Below are positions 1 through 15,300 of a stretch of 64,000 nt of DNA, piece by piece. Under the pieces are notes generated by a model. The model worked only from the letters and a program-made list of their open reading frames with translations, was not told the origin of the DNA and did no database searches. This stretch comes from a virus. Its lineage: Duplodnaviria; Caudoviricetes. Within the stretch, counting starts at the first letter, position 1; each line of letters begins with the position of its first letter. The position numbers were made by a program, and so were the translations under genes. The stretch covers positions 107,959-171,958 of IMG/VR virus record IMGVR_UViG_3300031994_000011; one strand, 5' to 3'.

Positions 1-3000
1 TAATATAATAATATTTTATATTTTAAAAATCCTTGATAGCCACTTTGTTGATTAAAATCTATCTATATTGTATATTCTGTATCTTGTATTAAATTTTTCT
101 CAATAGAAAGAGTTTCTGATAAGTTTCTAGTAGGATCTGCTTTATTTAATGTAACAATTCCTTCAAAATTTATATCAAATATTGTATTTAATTGTACCGT
201 AGGAATCTATGATTCTGTAGCAGTTTCTACTGCTCCATTTTTAGTTTTTAAAGTATTACATAATACATTTCCTTCAGAATCAACCTTAAAAACAGTATCG
301 CCAAATACATTAGTAAATTCTAGCTACCCTTTATTAGCTTTTACTTTAAATTCTCCACCTGCAAGAGTTATAGCTCCTTGAGATCCAATACTAATTGAAC
401 CGCCACCTAAGTACATTGAAGAATCATCAGCCGTTAAGTAAATAGAGTTCCCATTTAACGCTATTCCACTACTATCAAGTACTATTGCAGCATTATCATT
501 CATTGCCTTTAATCCAGTAATATCTGACTAATTCACCCAATCAGATGTACCATTTATTCTATATTGAACATTATTCCCATTTTCTTGCTTTTCTACATAA
601 GTCATTCCATTATCATCGATCCAATATATTTCAGTATTGTTTGCAATTGTAATACCAGAATTTGATCCAATGAGCATTGGATAATTACTGTCATTTCCCA
701 ACACAAGTCCATAAGTTTTTCCCTTCCATACTGTTAATCCAGTAAGTCCGTATGTTTTAATTGGAGCAAAATCTCTAACTATGTCTGCAGCATCTTCAGA
801 AGCAGAGGTCGCATTAGCATTAGCAACTGTTAAACCATAATTAGCAATAGGTTCTGTATACTAAGTTGTTTGCTGATTTGTTGAAGGATCTTTCCAAACT
901 TGTTTAAAACTAGTATAATATGTATAGTCACTAATATAAGTAGGAACTGAAGTTGACCACTAGCTCTAAGTGTTAGCAGTTGGTTTATTTGGCTTACTTG
1001 TAGCTAGCTTATATAGCTATGTTGAAGAAATTAAAGATATGCCTTGTGATCCTTGTGTAACAGCTCCTTGCTAACCATCATTAGGATAATATTCACAGCT
1101 ATATTCAGTTTTTGTACTATTATTTTTATAAGTTATAGTTTTTTCAATCCATAAATATTTTCCTTTCTAAGGATTTCGTGTAAGGCTCCATCCACTGCTT
1201 GGCGGATTGGTAGAATTAGTAGAAACAGCATACCTATATGTTGGATCACCAACGGGTGTAATCGCATTTATATCACTTAAATCATAATTGCCATTAGTAG
1301 TAGTTATTTGTGTGCCAGATAATTGGAAGCTATTAGCAACAATATCTCCAGCTATTGTTAATTTTCCAGGAGAATATTTTAAATTATTACCTAATCTAAA
1401 GGCATATTTCTAATTTGTATAAACAGGTGTCCAATGATTAGAAACAAAATCTAAATCGCCGCTATAATCATCATTACTTTTATACATCTTATGATCATAA
1501 AATACTATATCATCTGTATTGTAACTAGTGTTTGGTTGAAAAGAAGGAATGCCTGCTATCTATGTATCTAATATAAAATTATTAGTATTAATCCACATAT
1601 TTGAATTTGAACCAATTATTATCCCATCATTACTAATTTTAACAAAGCTACCATTACTTAATGAATCATTCATCGTTGTTGTACCAATCATTATACCAGC
1701 CTAATCCATCAAAATCAAATTTCTTTGTCCATTTACTTGTGTGGCTAAACCAATCGAATCTTTGGTAATGACAACGCCAGAAATAGAAGAACTATTTTTT
1801 AGCGTATTATAATTTATATTAGAAGTATAATTTTGAGTACTATTACTAATTGTTCCAATATTTTGACCTACTGCTAAAACAATTTTATCAGAAGTAATCT
1901 AAACCGCTCCATTGTTAGAGTTACTATTAGATATATTTGATACTCCTAATAAAATTTGATTTTTATCTATTGCAACAGTCGCGCCATCTAACGTTTCATA
2001 TTCACCAGTATTATCATCTCTACTCATTTTTTTTGAATTTCCAGAATAAAAAACAATTTTACCTGTAGAGCCCATCCAAATACCTTGAGTAGGATGAAGT
2101 ATTAAAGCAGAAGCTGTATTATCTCCATTACCAGTTACCAACTAAATCGGCTAATGTGGTAACTATTTTGCTTTTTCTAAAAATCCATTTAAAATTTCTG
2201 CATTCTAAATATTATTGCCATTTAAAGTTGTTAAACTACTCCAAGCTCTGATTAAAATATCTCCTGCTATGTTAAAAACTCGTTCTAAATTTTGACTTTT
2301 TTTAACATTATCTTCAAATTTAAATGTCATATAATCATCTAAAGTTACTGGAGATATATCTTCATCATTTAATTCAGCTTTACTATTTAAAACTTTAAAA
2401 GAATCTGCAAAAATAGTTCCAGTAATATATAAATCACCACTATTTGGATCGGCCCAAAATACTTCATCATTATTCCAGTTTCTTAATTTTAAACCATCCC
2501 AGCTTACCTAAACTCTAGTTACACTAGCTGGTAATACTTGATATGAATTATTTATATAAACATTTGCATCTTTTTCAGCAATTAAGAATAATCCATTTTC
2601 ATTAAATTTTACATACTATAATTCGGTATATCCATCAGAATTATTAAAAGAATTAAGATAATCATCAAAGTTATTATATTCATTTTCACTTTCATTTTCA
2701 TTTTCATTATTACTAACTATACTATTCCATTTATTCTAAAGATCTTTAATTCGCTACAAGGCAGAAGAATCATTAAAATCTTCTAAGAAAGATTTATATC
2801 CAAATAATCCCTATTGATTTAATTGAAATCTTAGTCTATCTCCAGCAAAAATTTTAACTAAATTGGTATCTAATTGTCCAGTAGTAATTAAATCAGCATT
2901 TATTCCATTTGGCGTGATCGCGGTATTCCAAATCCAATCTTCGTTTTCATTTTTCTGAGAAGCAGTAAAAATTCCATCACATCTAAAATTCACAATACCA

Positions 3001-6000
3001 CTTTCGCTAGTGCCAACAATGCCATCTTTCTAATTAATAGTTAATTTTCCATTATTAAAATTATAGACAATTCCACGCTATGCTAAGGCTTGCTATATTG
3101 ATTCAATTGATAAATTTCCAGTAGAATCAAATGCACCAGCGGCCAATCCTATTGTATACGCATTTTTTTTCATATCCTAAGAAGATGCTACTATCGTTGA
3201 AAATAAATTTTCAAAATCAGTCTTGTAATTTTTAATAACAATCTAATCCTCCCAGGGTTTATCAAGATGCATAGTAATTTCAGAAATATATCCTAAAACT
3301 TCTTCAAATTTTAACTAGTTATCATTTATATGAGCAATATATCCCATTTTATTGTATATAGTTCTTATAAAATCTGGATTAACCATATTAACATCAATTT
3401 CATAAGATACCTTAGGAAATGCGTTCTATTTTAAAACTTGTACAGCATCTAAATAAATTGAAGTATCTGCATTAGATAAACAATAATATAAATTTATTTT
3501 AGGAATTATCATGCTATTATTTTCTAAAGTTAATTTAGAAGAATTTTGTGACTCATCATTATATTTTCCAACTTCTAATAACTCTTCAAGTTTTAAACAT
3601 AAATAATATTTATCATTTCTAGTTAATAAACGATAATCCTCATATTTTTTTAATACTCTATCATTATATAATATAGATAATTGAGTATCAGTCTATTTTA
3701 ATTTCAAAGAATTTATCTAAATTCTTGGAAACACAGAAATATAATACTAATTAGATTGAGAATTATCAAAATTCTAGCCATAGTTATCATTTGATAAAGA
3801 TAACCAATCACTAGTAGATAGAGACTAAGTATATTCATAACTAATTTTATGTGTTACTGGATCAATACTTGCTGTTCTTTCCCAATTAGGACTGATCGAT
3901 ATTTTTTCTTTTATCTATGGCTTATCATTATTATAAGTAAATTTTCCCAAACAAGCTTGTGTATCGACTGAGCTATCAAAAAAAGTATATTTATCAATTA
4001 TTATATCAAATAATTGAATAATTTGTCCGCTCTATTCAGAACCATTATCCTACAAATTAGTTTCATTTTGCTGTTCTTGTGAAGATAAAGATTCTTCTGA
4101 ATTTTCAGAAGTTTTTCTTAAAGTTTTAGTAATATAACTCTCTGTAAGAGGCAACTTTCTAGTATCTTCTATAGTGGTGGTTCTCTATTGCGTAGTTACT
4201 TCACTGTAAAGATACTAATTATCATTATTCATTTTTATAGTTCTAGAATTTAATAAATATTTTTTATTATTATAATCTATTGTATAATTCTAAGTTATTA
4301 TATAATTATTATCTTCTATAAATTCCTCAGAAAAAGAATAAGATGCGTTATTATTCTCTACCTCAGTTCCGTTAAAATAAGCAATAACATTCTCTGAATT
4401 ATTATCTCCATATGTAATATTAAAAATAAACTATATTGGATTCTAATGAAATAAATTCTTTTCTTGAATTATAACCTATTTTAATAACTATTCTTCTTCC
4501 GTGTCAGTCTTCTACTACGTAATTTGATATTCACTACTTATAGTATTTTTTCCAGAAAGAGTAATAATCATATTAATATTATTAATTAACAAACTATAAT
4601 AATCTTCTTTTAATGTAATTTCAATTGAAATATCATTAATATTCTATATATTATATAAATTATTACAATCAATTCTATTCGTTCCTTGAGATAAGTATTG
4701 ATTAGAATTGGTATAAATAATTGTATTTTTATTTTTTATAACTATTCTAGTATAAGCCCAATAACCAGAAGCAACTATTATTTCAAAAGATATTTTATTA
4801 TTATTACTATTAATGGCTTCATTTCCGCCTTTAATTAAAGCAGTAAGAGTGCTTCTTCCCAATCTCCTAGAACTTTTACTTATTAAAAATACTTGTTGAA
4901 ATGTTGACTCTTGTTGTTCAGGGATGACCTGTTGCTACCCCTACTGTTTCTATTCAGTTATTATTTCATACTTTTTAATAACTGTTTTTTCATTAATTTT
5001 TTCATCTTCTGCATTAGTTGTAACTATTAATTGTTTTACCGTTTTTTCACTAAGCTAACTATTAATTTTTACAATAGTTTCTGAAGAAGGATATGTGGTT
5101 TCTTTTTCAAAAGAAGTTAATTGTGAATAAACAATATTATTATCTCCGCCAGTTTGCATATTTTTAATTTGCTGTTTTGTCATATCTTTTGCGCCCAATA
5201 CTATCAAAATTGGGAAGACATTTCCGTCCTTATCTTTTAAAAGTCCTAATTGACATTCAGAACCAATTGCAAAAGAGCGATAATTTTTCTATGTTTGATT
5301 ATTTTTTAAATCATAAAAAATTAAACTTATATTATCATTATTTTGTATGCACTCTAACTGTTCAGAAGTTAATTTAATGCATGGATAAAATTCTTTATCT
5401 CTATTTATTCCAGACTCGTAATAAGGAAGTTGTTCACCATCAAATGGAACAGCATCCCAAATTGGAATAGCATATTTATTTTCATCTAAAAAATTCTAAT
5501 CATAAGAATAACAATAATTTCCCTATGAATCCTATACGGGCTATTCTTCAGAATCAATTATTAACTATCCAGTAGAAAATCCATTCTAAAACGTTGCTTT
5601 TAATTTATCACCATAATCATTATACTAGTCTGGAAGCCAATATCCCTATCGTAAAGCGGGGCCCATCATCATCTAAAAATTTTGTATCTATTTTTGTTTT
5701 TCTAATAATAACTATTCATATCTCTACTTTTTATCTTTTAAAGAATCATCAATTTTTTCAATTTTTGCAGTAGCCTTTTCATACTAACTTTCATCAGATG
5801 CCATTTTTCTACTCCAAACACTTTTTACACGTTTAATATACTATAATGGCTAATAATCATAAGTTAGATAAACCGAACGAGAGAAAGTAGAAGACTATGA
5901 ATTAGAAGAATTATTTAAAACTATATTATTTACCTTAATTAAATTATTAAACTAATCGAACTAAAAAGTTCCAAAAATCTAATCTGCAACCCTATCTTTT

Positions 6001-7451
6001 CCAGTTGCAGTATAAGAATATTTTCTATATATATGAAAACTTTCTGGTATAATACCAGTTTGACTTATATTTATAAAATAATTATTATTTTCTCCAGTAT
6101 TTTGTAACAATATTCCATTTGTCGGCCGCTCTGCAGTAACATGCAAAATTCCAGTATCCTCAGTAATACTATTTAATAAAGCACTCGCCTAAGTATATCT
6201 CTATTCTGCTAATTTTCTTCCTCTGTCATAAGTTGCTAAGTCGGCCTATACATTTAAACGAATCTATTCTAATTTTAAAATTTCTTCGCTTAATGGACCT
6301 AACTATTCATTTATTGTAGCAATTTTTCGCTAAAACTCAAAAACTCCATTATATTGTTCATCCGTTATTGAACCAACAGTATGCATATAATCAAAATTTA
6401 ATAAATAGTCTTCACCACTTTTATTTGCGGCAGTATCTAAAATTGTAATAAAGCCATCTCTACTAGTATCACTATTTACTGGTTTTATATACATTTTTGT
6501 TATTAAATTTGTACTATCAGCTTCTCTACTAATAGAAGAAGTATTATATGGATATGTAAAATCTAATGCTCCATATGTCTAATTTAAAAAATTATTATAA
6601 TAAACTACTTTTTTACCTATTATATTATAATTATTATCATGTTCATATACATATTTACAATGAACACCAAAGGTCTAAGCAATAGTTTGTGTTAAATTAT
6701 AAACATTACTTTCAGTAACATCTAATAATCTCTATTTTTCTTTTGCGGCCTAAATTTTTTTAGGTAATCCAGTTGTTCTATCCCATGAAGAAACATAAGT
6801 ATCCTAATATACTTTATCACTACTTCTTCCTTTATAGCCATCCCAATTCATATTTACCTAATAAGTCCAATATTTTATACGATCAAAAATTTTATTATTC
6901 CAATATTGAATTGTCGCCCGTGGCTAAGAAATATTAAGCTACTATCTTTCTGTTTCTGTCGAATTAGACCAAATTCCATATTCATTCATAAATTCGTCTT
7001 GAGATAAATCAATTTTATAGCCAATTTTCCCTAACTAATGAAAAGCAAGCCCTTCACAAGAAACTTCACAAGTTAATACGCCATTCTAATGTGTCTATGT
7101 AACCTTAGTTATAATAAACTAAAAAACTTCTTCATCCTATGTTGCGCGCTACTATGATACTTGTCTAACTGCATCTTTTTTATTGATAATAACTTTTATT
7201 TTTCTTGTACTCGCTACAATAACACCATTTGTAGTATTGTACCAAATAGGATTCTAAATTCTTTTACCATCCTATAATATATACATCGGAATTTTAAAAG
7301 TAAATTCCTGAGTTCCGTCATCAACTATTTTTAACTCGGGTTCTTGAATCTGTCCTTTATTCTCTAAAGTGGCATACTTCAAGACGGATATAAATCCGTC
7401 TTGAAGCGTCCAAATAGAGACTTCATAATTACGAATATCACTTGAAACCAT
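1..7451 (-). CDS. Tail tip/Tal-like (baseplate hub/central fibre) protein, >2,480 aa, runs off the window edge; TAG read-through
   Basis: ATG at 7451 after an AGGAGGAG SD. ORF-track fragments 4644-4862, 2811-2993 and 1899-2141 share this frame and each ends in TAG. It follows Dit and contains a WNTAITPNGINADLITTGQLDT motif typical of siphophage tail-tip proteins. Confidence 0.75.
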
Positions 7452-7475
7452 TAATCAGTCTCCTCCTTTTTACCC

Positions 7476-9314
7476 TTAATAATACATATTTTTATATTCT
7501 ATACCAAAATTAGTTAATGGTGCCTCAATAGGTAAATCTGTATAAATGATATGAGCACAATGTTTACTTTCTTCATTGTTTTCATCCCATTCAACAATTA
7601 CGCCACTATCAATTAATGGATAGTTTGTCTCCTATAAAAATAAGTAAGTTGATCTAACCATATCTCCAACATTTTCTACTTGTATAGAATATTCACCATT
7701 AAGTTGATACTCTATTTTTCCAACACAAATTCCAGTTTTTGAGTTTATAGAAAAAGAACCAGAACACATACTCTATTCATTATCAACAGTCTTCATAATA
7801 AAATTTTTCATATCATTACATACAGACATTAATGTTGTTTCATCTAGTACATCCAAACCACTTAAACGCTGCTAAACGATATTTAAAGCATATGCTCGCG
7901 CGCCATTATGTGTAACTTTATCCCTTATATAAGTTTTTACATCCTGCCATGAACTTCCTATTATACTTTCACCAGTTTGATCTTTAACATGTGCTAATTT
8001 ATCAAACCAATATAAAACTTGATTATATCCATTCCAAGCCCCTGGTGTAGTAAAACGAAATTCATGTTTATGCTAACTTTCAATAATAATAGAATTATAA
8101 GTTTTTCCATCTTCATCTGGCGCATATTTATTTAACGGATACTTAATATATGGAATCTTATTCTAACCAGTCTATAGTATCGGTTTCATTGTAAAATATA
8201 GAGTTGGATAACTTGGTGCATTGCCAGCATAATATAAATAAGCTATATTATTACTATCTTTACCACCACTTAATATAACATTAGTACCCTATCCGTCTTC
8301 AATAAAACTATAACTACCAATCGCTGGAGCATATGTAACGCCAACTCTTGAAATCATTACTGCTGCATATGGTGGATTTGTTCCATCCTATGGACTAGCT
8401 AATGCCGCTACAGTTCTAATATTACCAAGAGCATTCTTATACTAAGTACCCTAAATTTTTATATCTCCACCAATAAATAAATTAGAATAAATTCTAACCA
8501 TATTCGCAGTAAGAATATTATCCTATAAAATAATTTTTAATGCATCATTATTACTCATTATAGGATTATTATTATCATTCGCATCAGCCCATCTATATTG
8601 ATAAAATTCATCTTCTTCTAAATCCTATCCAGTGCCACTCGAACTCTAACCACGCTATACTATTTCGCCATCCACTAATGCAACCTTATATCTTTTTCCT
8701 AATAAATTCTATAAAGTATACCATAATGGATCATCACATATAAAACTTATTTTAATATCGCCTTTATATAACGTAGTTGGTATATTATAAATGGTCCCGG
8801 CAATAACTTTTTGCTATCTCCCCTAAAATACTAACATATTCATAGCTGGCGGCGCCTAAACTCTTGCTAAAATTCCGCGATTGGGATGCTATGCTCTTAC
8901 TAATTGTCTAATTTTTCCAGGAGCAAACCATGCTTTAAATTTATCTAATTGTGTTTGAGTCATACCATCTGTAGATAATAAATACTAAAAAACTAATGGT
9001 TTTAAATGCGTTCCCCAATAGAATTGGCCATTTAAAACATTATATTCCTATGTTAAATCTTCAAAATCACTATATAAATTATTTTGCATTCGCTAACCTT
9101 CTGTCACGCGAATAATTCCAAAATCCTAAATATATTGCCCGCCAAAACTAAAACTTATAAAAGAACGATACATGAAGGGGAGCCGAAGCTCCCCATCATG
9201 TGTTGCCTAATAAACTTGTCCTCGACCTGAAAAACTCTATTCTGGTATGTATTCTATATTCTATGGCATTTGAGAATTTCCAGGTCTTAGATATCCAACA
9301 TTATTACCATACAT
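7476..9314 (-). CDS. Distal tail protein (Dit)-like, 612 aa; TAG read-through
   Basis: ATG 9314 (SD GGAGG) to TAA 7476 in frame. Motifs RSFISFSFGG and LYKGDIKISFICDDPLWY. Lies directly downstream of the tape measure gene. Confidence 0.7.
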
Positions 9315-9339
9315 TTTGCTATTTCCTCCTTTACCTCCA

Positions 9340-12300
9340 TTAAACTTGACGATATCCACTACGGAATCCTTGTCTAACCAATACGTTCTAAATTTCTCTT
9401 GCTACATTTTTAGCATCGTTAGATTGAATATTAAAGTTAATTGTAGTATCTTGCACCATGTTTCTTTGATTATTATTAACAACATCATTTTCAATAGTAC
9501 CTTTAATATTATCAGTTAAATTACTAATATCATTCAATGTCTAAGTCAACGTATCCGCACCTCTAAGAGATCTCTTAAATGACTACTTCATATTTTCAGG
9601 TATGATTGCTGCTTTATCCTCTAATGAAGTATCTACAGTAGGAGTTTGAGTGGTTCCAGCCCTAGTTCCCTAAGTTCTACTTCCTCTAAGAACAGTAGTC
9701 CTACCACTACCACCACTACCACCGCCACCAGTAATAGGCTGTGTAGACTCTTGAGACTATTTTTTCTATTTTTTAGGCATAAGATCTTTGATAGTTTGCT
9801 ATTGAGCTTTTGCATCATCGCCAGTTCCCTTAACATATTCATCAAAGCGATCTTTAACAGTTGGGTCTTGTTTATCCCAATTTTCTCCGAAAATAGACTA
9901 CATTGCAGCATCTGTTGTGCGCCATCCAATATCTGCGCTACCTTCAATAGCTTCTTTAATAGTATCATTCATTTTGCTCCAGAAAGGCTATAAATCTTTT
10001 CTATAACTTACCCATTGCTATGCTTCTTTTTGTATCTAAAGTTTTTGTTCTTCAAGTTGTAATGCAGAATAACTTTGATAATCTTTTGTGTTTGTTAATA
10101 AGAAACTTACAATGTCCTATGCATCTTGACTCATAATACTAGTAACTTCTTCCCATAATAAACCATGCTCTTTTTGATACTATAAAGTTTCATTCATTAC
10201 ATCTAATTGAGCATCTAATCTCTAAAGCTGTGCATCAGAAGCTTGTTGCATAGCATCAATGGCCTATTGTTGCATATTAAAATAAGAATCACGCTATTTT
10301 TCATCTAATTGCTGCTGTAAAGAAGAAATCTCAGAAGCTGAACCACCAGTACGCTGTAATATTAAAATTTGTCTACGAAGTTTATCTATCTATTTGTTTT
10401 CTTTTTGATCCTAATACATTTGTTGTTCACGGTCAAGCTGATCCTGCAGTCCCTTTAAATATTTCTAAGAACTCTTTTCAATGGCATCTCTCTAATCTTG
10501 TAACTTATCAATAATTTCTTTCTATCTATCTTCTATTGCCTTTACTACTGCATCTTCAACTTTGCGCTGATTATCTACTATCTATTCTAATATTCCATTT
10601 ATATCAGATTCTAAAGATAAGATATTCTCAGTAGACTAACGATAGCTATCATATAAACTATCTAATGTTTCTTTCCATCCATCTACACTATCCCAGAAAT
10701 TCTGCATCATCTACATATATAATTCATTATCAGATTTATCACCTTTATTTTTAAAATCAATAACTGTACCATCATCATTATATTTAAGAACTTCTGTATC
10801 AAATCCTATAGATTTCAAATATTGTATTTGTTTATCCGCGCTTTCTGCCCAACCAGTAATTTTACCATTAACATCTCTAGTAGTTAATTTTTCAAGTACA
10901 TCTAAGCCTTTTCCTAAACCAGAAGTATATTGTTGTAAGCCATTTTCATCATAAGTAAATATATTACTATAAGTAGAAGCAGCAAGCTAAGCACGTTTTC
11001 TATCATACCAACTCTTTTGTAGATAAATCAATTCTTTTGTGGCAGTAATTTGTTCCATTAAATTTTCTAACTACTTTCTACGACTATTGTAAATGGCTTG
11101 TCCATTGGCAATTCTATCTGATTCCAGCTTATCTCTTAATGTTTGTTGATGTGTAATATCTTGTTCTAATTTATCAATTTGTCTTGTTAAATTGTACCAA
11201 CGTTCGATTTCAGCAGTAGTGGTTTTAACTTCTTTATCTTTATTTCCACCACCACCGCCTCCGCCGCCACCGCCACCAGCGGCCTATTTACCGGCAAGAG
11301 AACCAAGATCTTGAGCAGAAGCATTAAGTATTGTCTACCACATTGCTCTTATTTGCTTCAATGCTGCTAATGCCGCAGAAGCGCTAGCAAAAGCAGGGCC
11401 AACAGTTCCAGTAGCAAGAGATACAGCTACGCGCTAATTAGTTACAGGTTTACCATGTCCACCTTTTCTACCACTAAGTAATCTACGAGTCTGTAAATGA
11501 TTAAATACAATAGCATCTGGCGGAAGGTCTACCATTTCAGCTCCATTTTGACCTACGACATTATATTTACCATTAGCAACAACTAATTCAGGTCCAAGCT
11601 AGCCCATAAGAGTCTTTTGATTACCACCAGCTAAAGCAACGTTACCTTTCGCGGCAATAGTTATCTATTTATCTTTTGCAGGACTTTGACCTTTTACAGT
11701 AGCAGGAGAATTTTCACCGCCACCGGCCATTTTAACCTATATAGTAGCAACTATTTGAATTAATTTTTTATATGGAATTGAATTTATTGCACTAATTAAA
11801 CTATAAATTTTCCCAGATCCACTAGATGGAATACTATTCATAGCAGAAGCAAGCGTTCCTATTGACCCAGTCGCATTACTAACTCCTTGAGCTACTGCTT
11901 GTGCCATTGCTGCAGCACTTTGACTTGCATTATTCGCAGCATCAACAACTTGTTGAGCACCACTAATAGCTGACTAAAAATCAAAACCAGTTTGGGTTTG
12001 GCCATTCGTCACTTGCCCCATACTTGAATTTTTAAAAGCAGCAGCAATATTATTTATAATATCTGCAGGAGAAGAGGTATCGGAAACAACAGCACTGTCT
12101 TTTTTATTGCCAGCCTTATAAATATCTTTCTAAGAAATTTTATTATTTAAACTATCTATTGCCTATGCTATTTCATTACCTGTATCTGCTATTTTCTTTG
12201 CTGTAGTCTGATCACCATTTCCAGTAGAAGGTGGCTATCTTAATTGTGAACCGCCCATTTCACTATCTTTTTTTCCTTTTACGACAAAACTAGCTTTACT

Positions 12301-15300
12301 TTCTGTCTCTTTATCTTTAACTTGCTAATTTAAATTAGCAACTATAGTATTAACTCCTTCTGACATCTATGCTAATGGAGCATTACTCTTTTCTATTTGT
12401 TGTGTATCCTTAGGCGAATTTACTGGCTCATTATTATTAGTAGAAGTATCAGAAGTTACATTAGAAGGATTTTCATTATCACTTTGTTGATATAAATGTG
12501 TGATCATTTCTTCTACTGAATGATATATCTAGGTATTAGCTTGTCCATTCATCCCAAGAACTTGTAAAAAGCTTTGTAACTCAGCAATACTTTTATCTCG
12601 TGTAACAGTAGAACCGGTAAAAGACCCATCAGCATTTTGTTTAAAGCCCCATACAGGAACTTCACCTTCAGTAATAAAATCATTTCTATCATTTTTTTGT
12701 ATAATAATACTACCATCTGATAAATATGCACTTGTATAAAAAACCCCTTCTTTAGCCTTATCAGGGAGAACTTTTATATCTGTGGGATTATCGCCTTGTA
12801 AAATATCTGACATATTACCTTGTTTATATTCATAATCATAGGTAGGTGATTTAACCTAAGGCTACTACTTATTATCACTGTCATTTTTAGTAGGCGGCCC
12901 ATCTTTTTTATTTGCAAAATATCTTGCATCTGCTGCCCTACGTGCTGCTCGTAACGCAGCCTATCTTTCAAGTAAACTTTTATTATACTCACTTTGAAAT
13001 AAGGCTTCCTATCTATCATATCCATTATTACTACCAACTACTACACCATTATTAGGTAGAGTTGGATTATCTTCAGAGCCACCGCCATTTTCATCTGATC
13101 CATTGCCATTTTCATTTGATTTACCAAAAGCTTGTATGGCTTCTTCTGCGGCAGCACCTAAATTTAAAATTGCAGCAGCTGTTTCATTAGAAGCCTACGC
13201 TAATGTTTTTTCTTGATCACTTACTTGTTTCGCGGCTTCAGTGATTCCCTAACCAGCATTTTTTGCTCCATCAGCTACGTTATTAAGACCACTATTAGCA
13301 TCATCCGCGGCATCACCAGTTCCTGCAACTGCATTTTCGGCACCAGCAGCTGCTTCTGCCATTGCCTTCTATGCTGCTTCTTTTTCTTTTTGCGCCTCTT
13401 CTGCATTTTTACCATCTAATAAAGCCTAAATATAAGCCATAGCTCCTTCTACTTTAATATTAAACTAAGAAAGCTAAGCATCTGAATAGATCTCTTTAGC
13501 CTAATTAATTTGTGTTTTCCATTCTTTTAATGCTATTAATTGAGATTCAAGTTGCCAATTTTCTGCTTTAATCGCAGCTTGATATGTCTGATCAATAAGA
13601 GGATTTATAAGCTTTAAATCATATGGTTGAGGAATTTTCTTTGGTGGCTATGATGGACTTGATGGTGATGACGGTGAATCATCAACTGTTTTATCGGTAA
13701 AGATGTTCGCTCTTGGAACTCCAGTTGGGTTTCTTGGATCATAAAATTCACCGGGTAATTCAGAATCTTCACCAAACTTAGGACCTGTAGAAGAATTACC
13801 TCCACTATTTTTATCATCATTTTTAAATGCCCATTCTCCAGCTTCATCTAATTTAGTGTGTATATTAATTGTAAGTTCAGAACTTCCTTTAGCAAGACTC
13901 TATATTAACTTTGCATATTTTGCATCTGATTCATCTTTTACATGTAATTTTAAATTCCATTCTTTTGTCTCTACACCAGTAAGTCCCTATTTTGCTTTTT
14001 CAAACTATTGTTGCGTCATTGGGCTTTTACCATCTTCAACAAATTTAAAACCATATTTAACCTAAAAATCTAAATGTTCTTGAGTGGTTTCTCCCCATTG
14101 TTTTTCTGCTTCTTCATAAGTTAAATCTTTAATATCTTTTATTTGTTTTGATGTCAATGATGCAGCAGAAGTTTTATCTAGTGTATATATAGTCTTAATC
14201 CCTGTCTTTATAAGCCATATTTGATAATCATGTTCATTAAATTCTGGTACTTTTCCTTCTCCATATTGCTCTAACATTGCTTTATCATATAATTGTCTCC
14301 AAGTATCATTTATATCGGAACTATAATTTTTTCCATCTGCGCTATATTGTACACCATTTTTAGGGTCTACACGCATATTATATTGAATACCAGTTTTCGT
14401 TGTTAAAGTTATAGTAGTAGCTTGTGTTTTTATATCATAATGATAACCATATTTTTCTAAATCTTTAATAAAGGGATATTGCTATACTATCATCTGAGCA
14501 TTTATAGCCGCCTGCACTTCATCTTTATTACTATAAGAAAAAGTCTTCCCACCAATAGTAACTTTACCATCTTTACCAAATAAAACTGTTGTACCTTCAT
14601 GAATAACAAGAGTCCTTCCATCACCAAGATTAATATCAGCAGTTAATTTACTTTCTTTAGCAATTTGTTTAATTGTCCTTATTAAATTCTCTGTACTATA
14701 ATCACCAGATATTGCCATCTGATATAAACTATTAACAAAAGCAGTATATGTTTCAGGAGATAAATTACCTTTTTCAAAAACTTCTTCATAAGCACTTTGA
14801 AGTTTATCAGCATCTCCACCCGCTGCTTCTATCATCTTATATAATGAAACACCCTAAATTGATAAAGCCTTTAAACTTTTTTCCAAATCTTTATTTGTTT
14901 TTGCCATTGCTATAATTTCTTGCGCAGCATCTTTATATGGCTGTTGAAATTGATATTTACCATCAAGTTTAATAGGATTACCGTTATCATCAGTCATAAA
15001 AATCTCTGGCAATTCAATTATAACATCATCTGTAGTAACACTTCCTAATTTTTCCATAGCAACAACAGATTCCAATAGAAGTATCATACCATCAATCATT
15101 TCTATTTGAGAAGTCGCCATTGCTTTAAGTGCTTCATGGAAATTGGTACTCATATCTGCGGCTCCACCCTACATTTGAAGACCAATTTTACCCATATTAA
15201 CCATAGCGCCCTAACCATCAATATTTATTAAATTGCTAAAAGCCTAATTTATTAGTCGCGCGGCACCATCAGTATCCTTAGCAATCTAATATCCATAAAA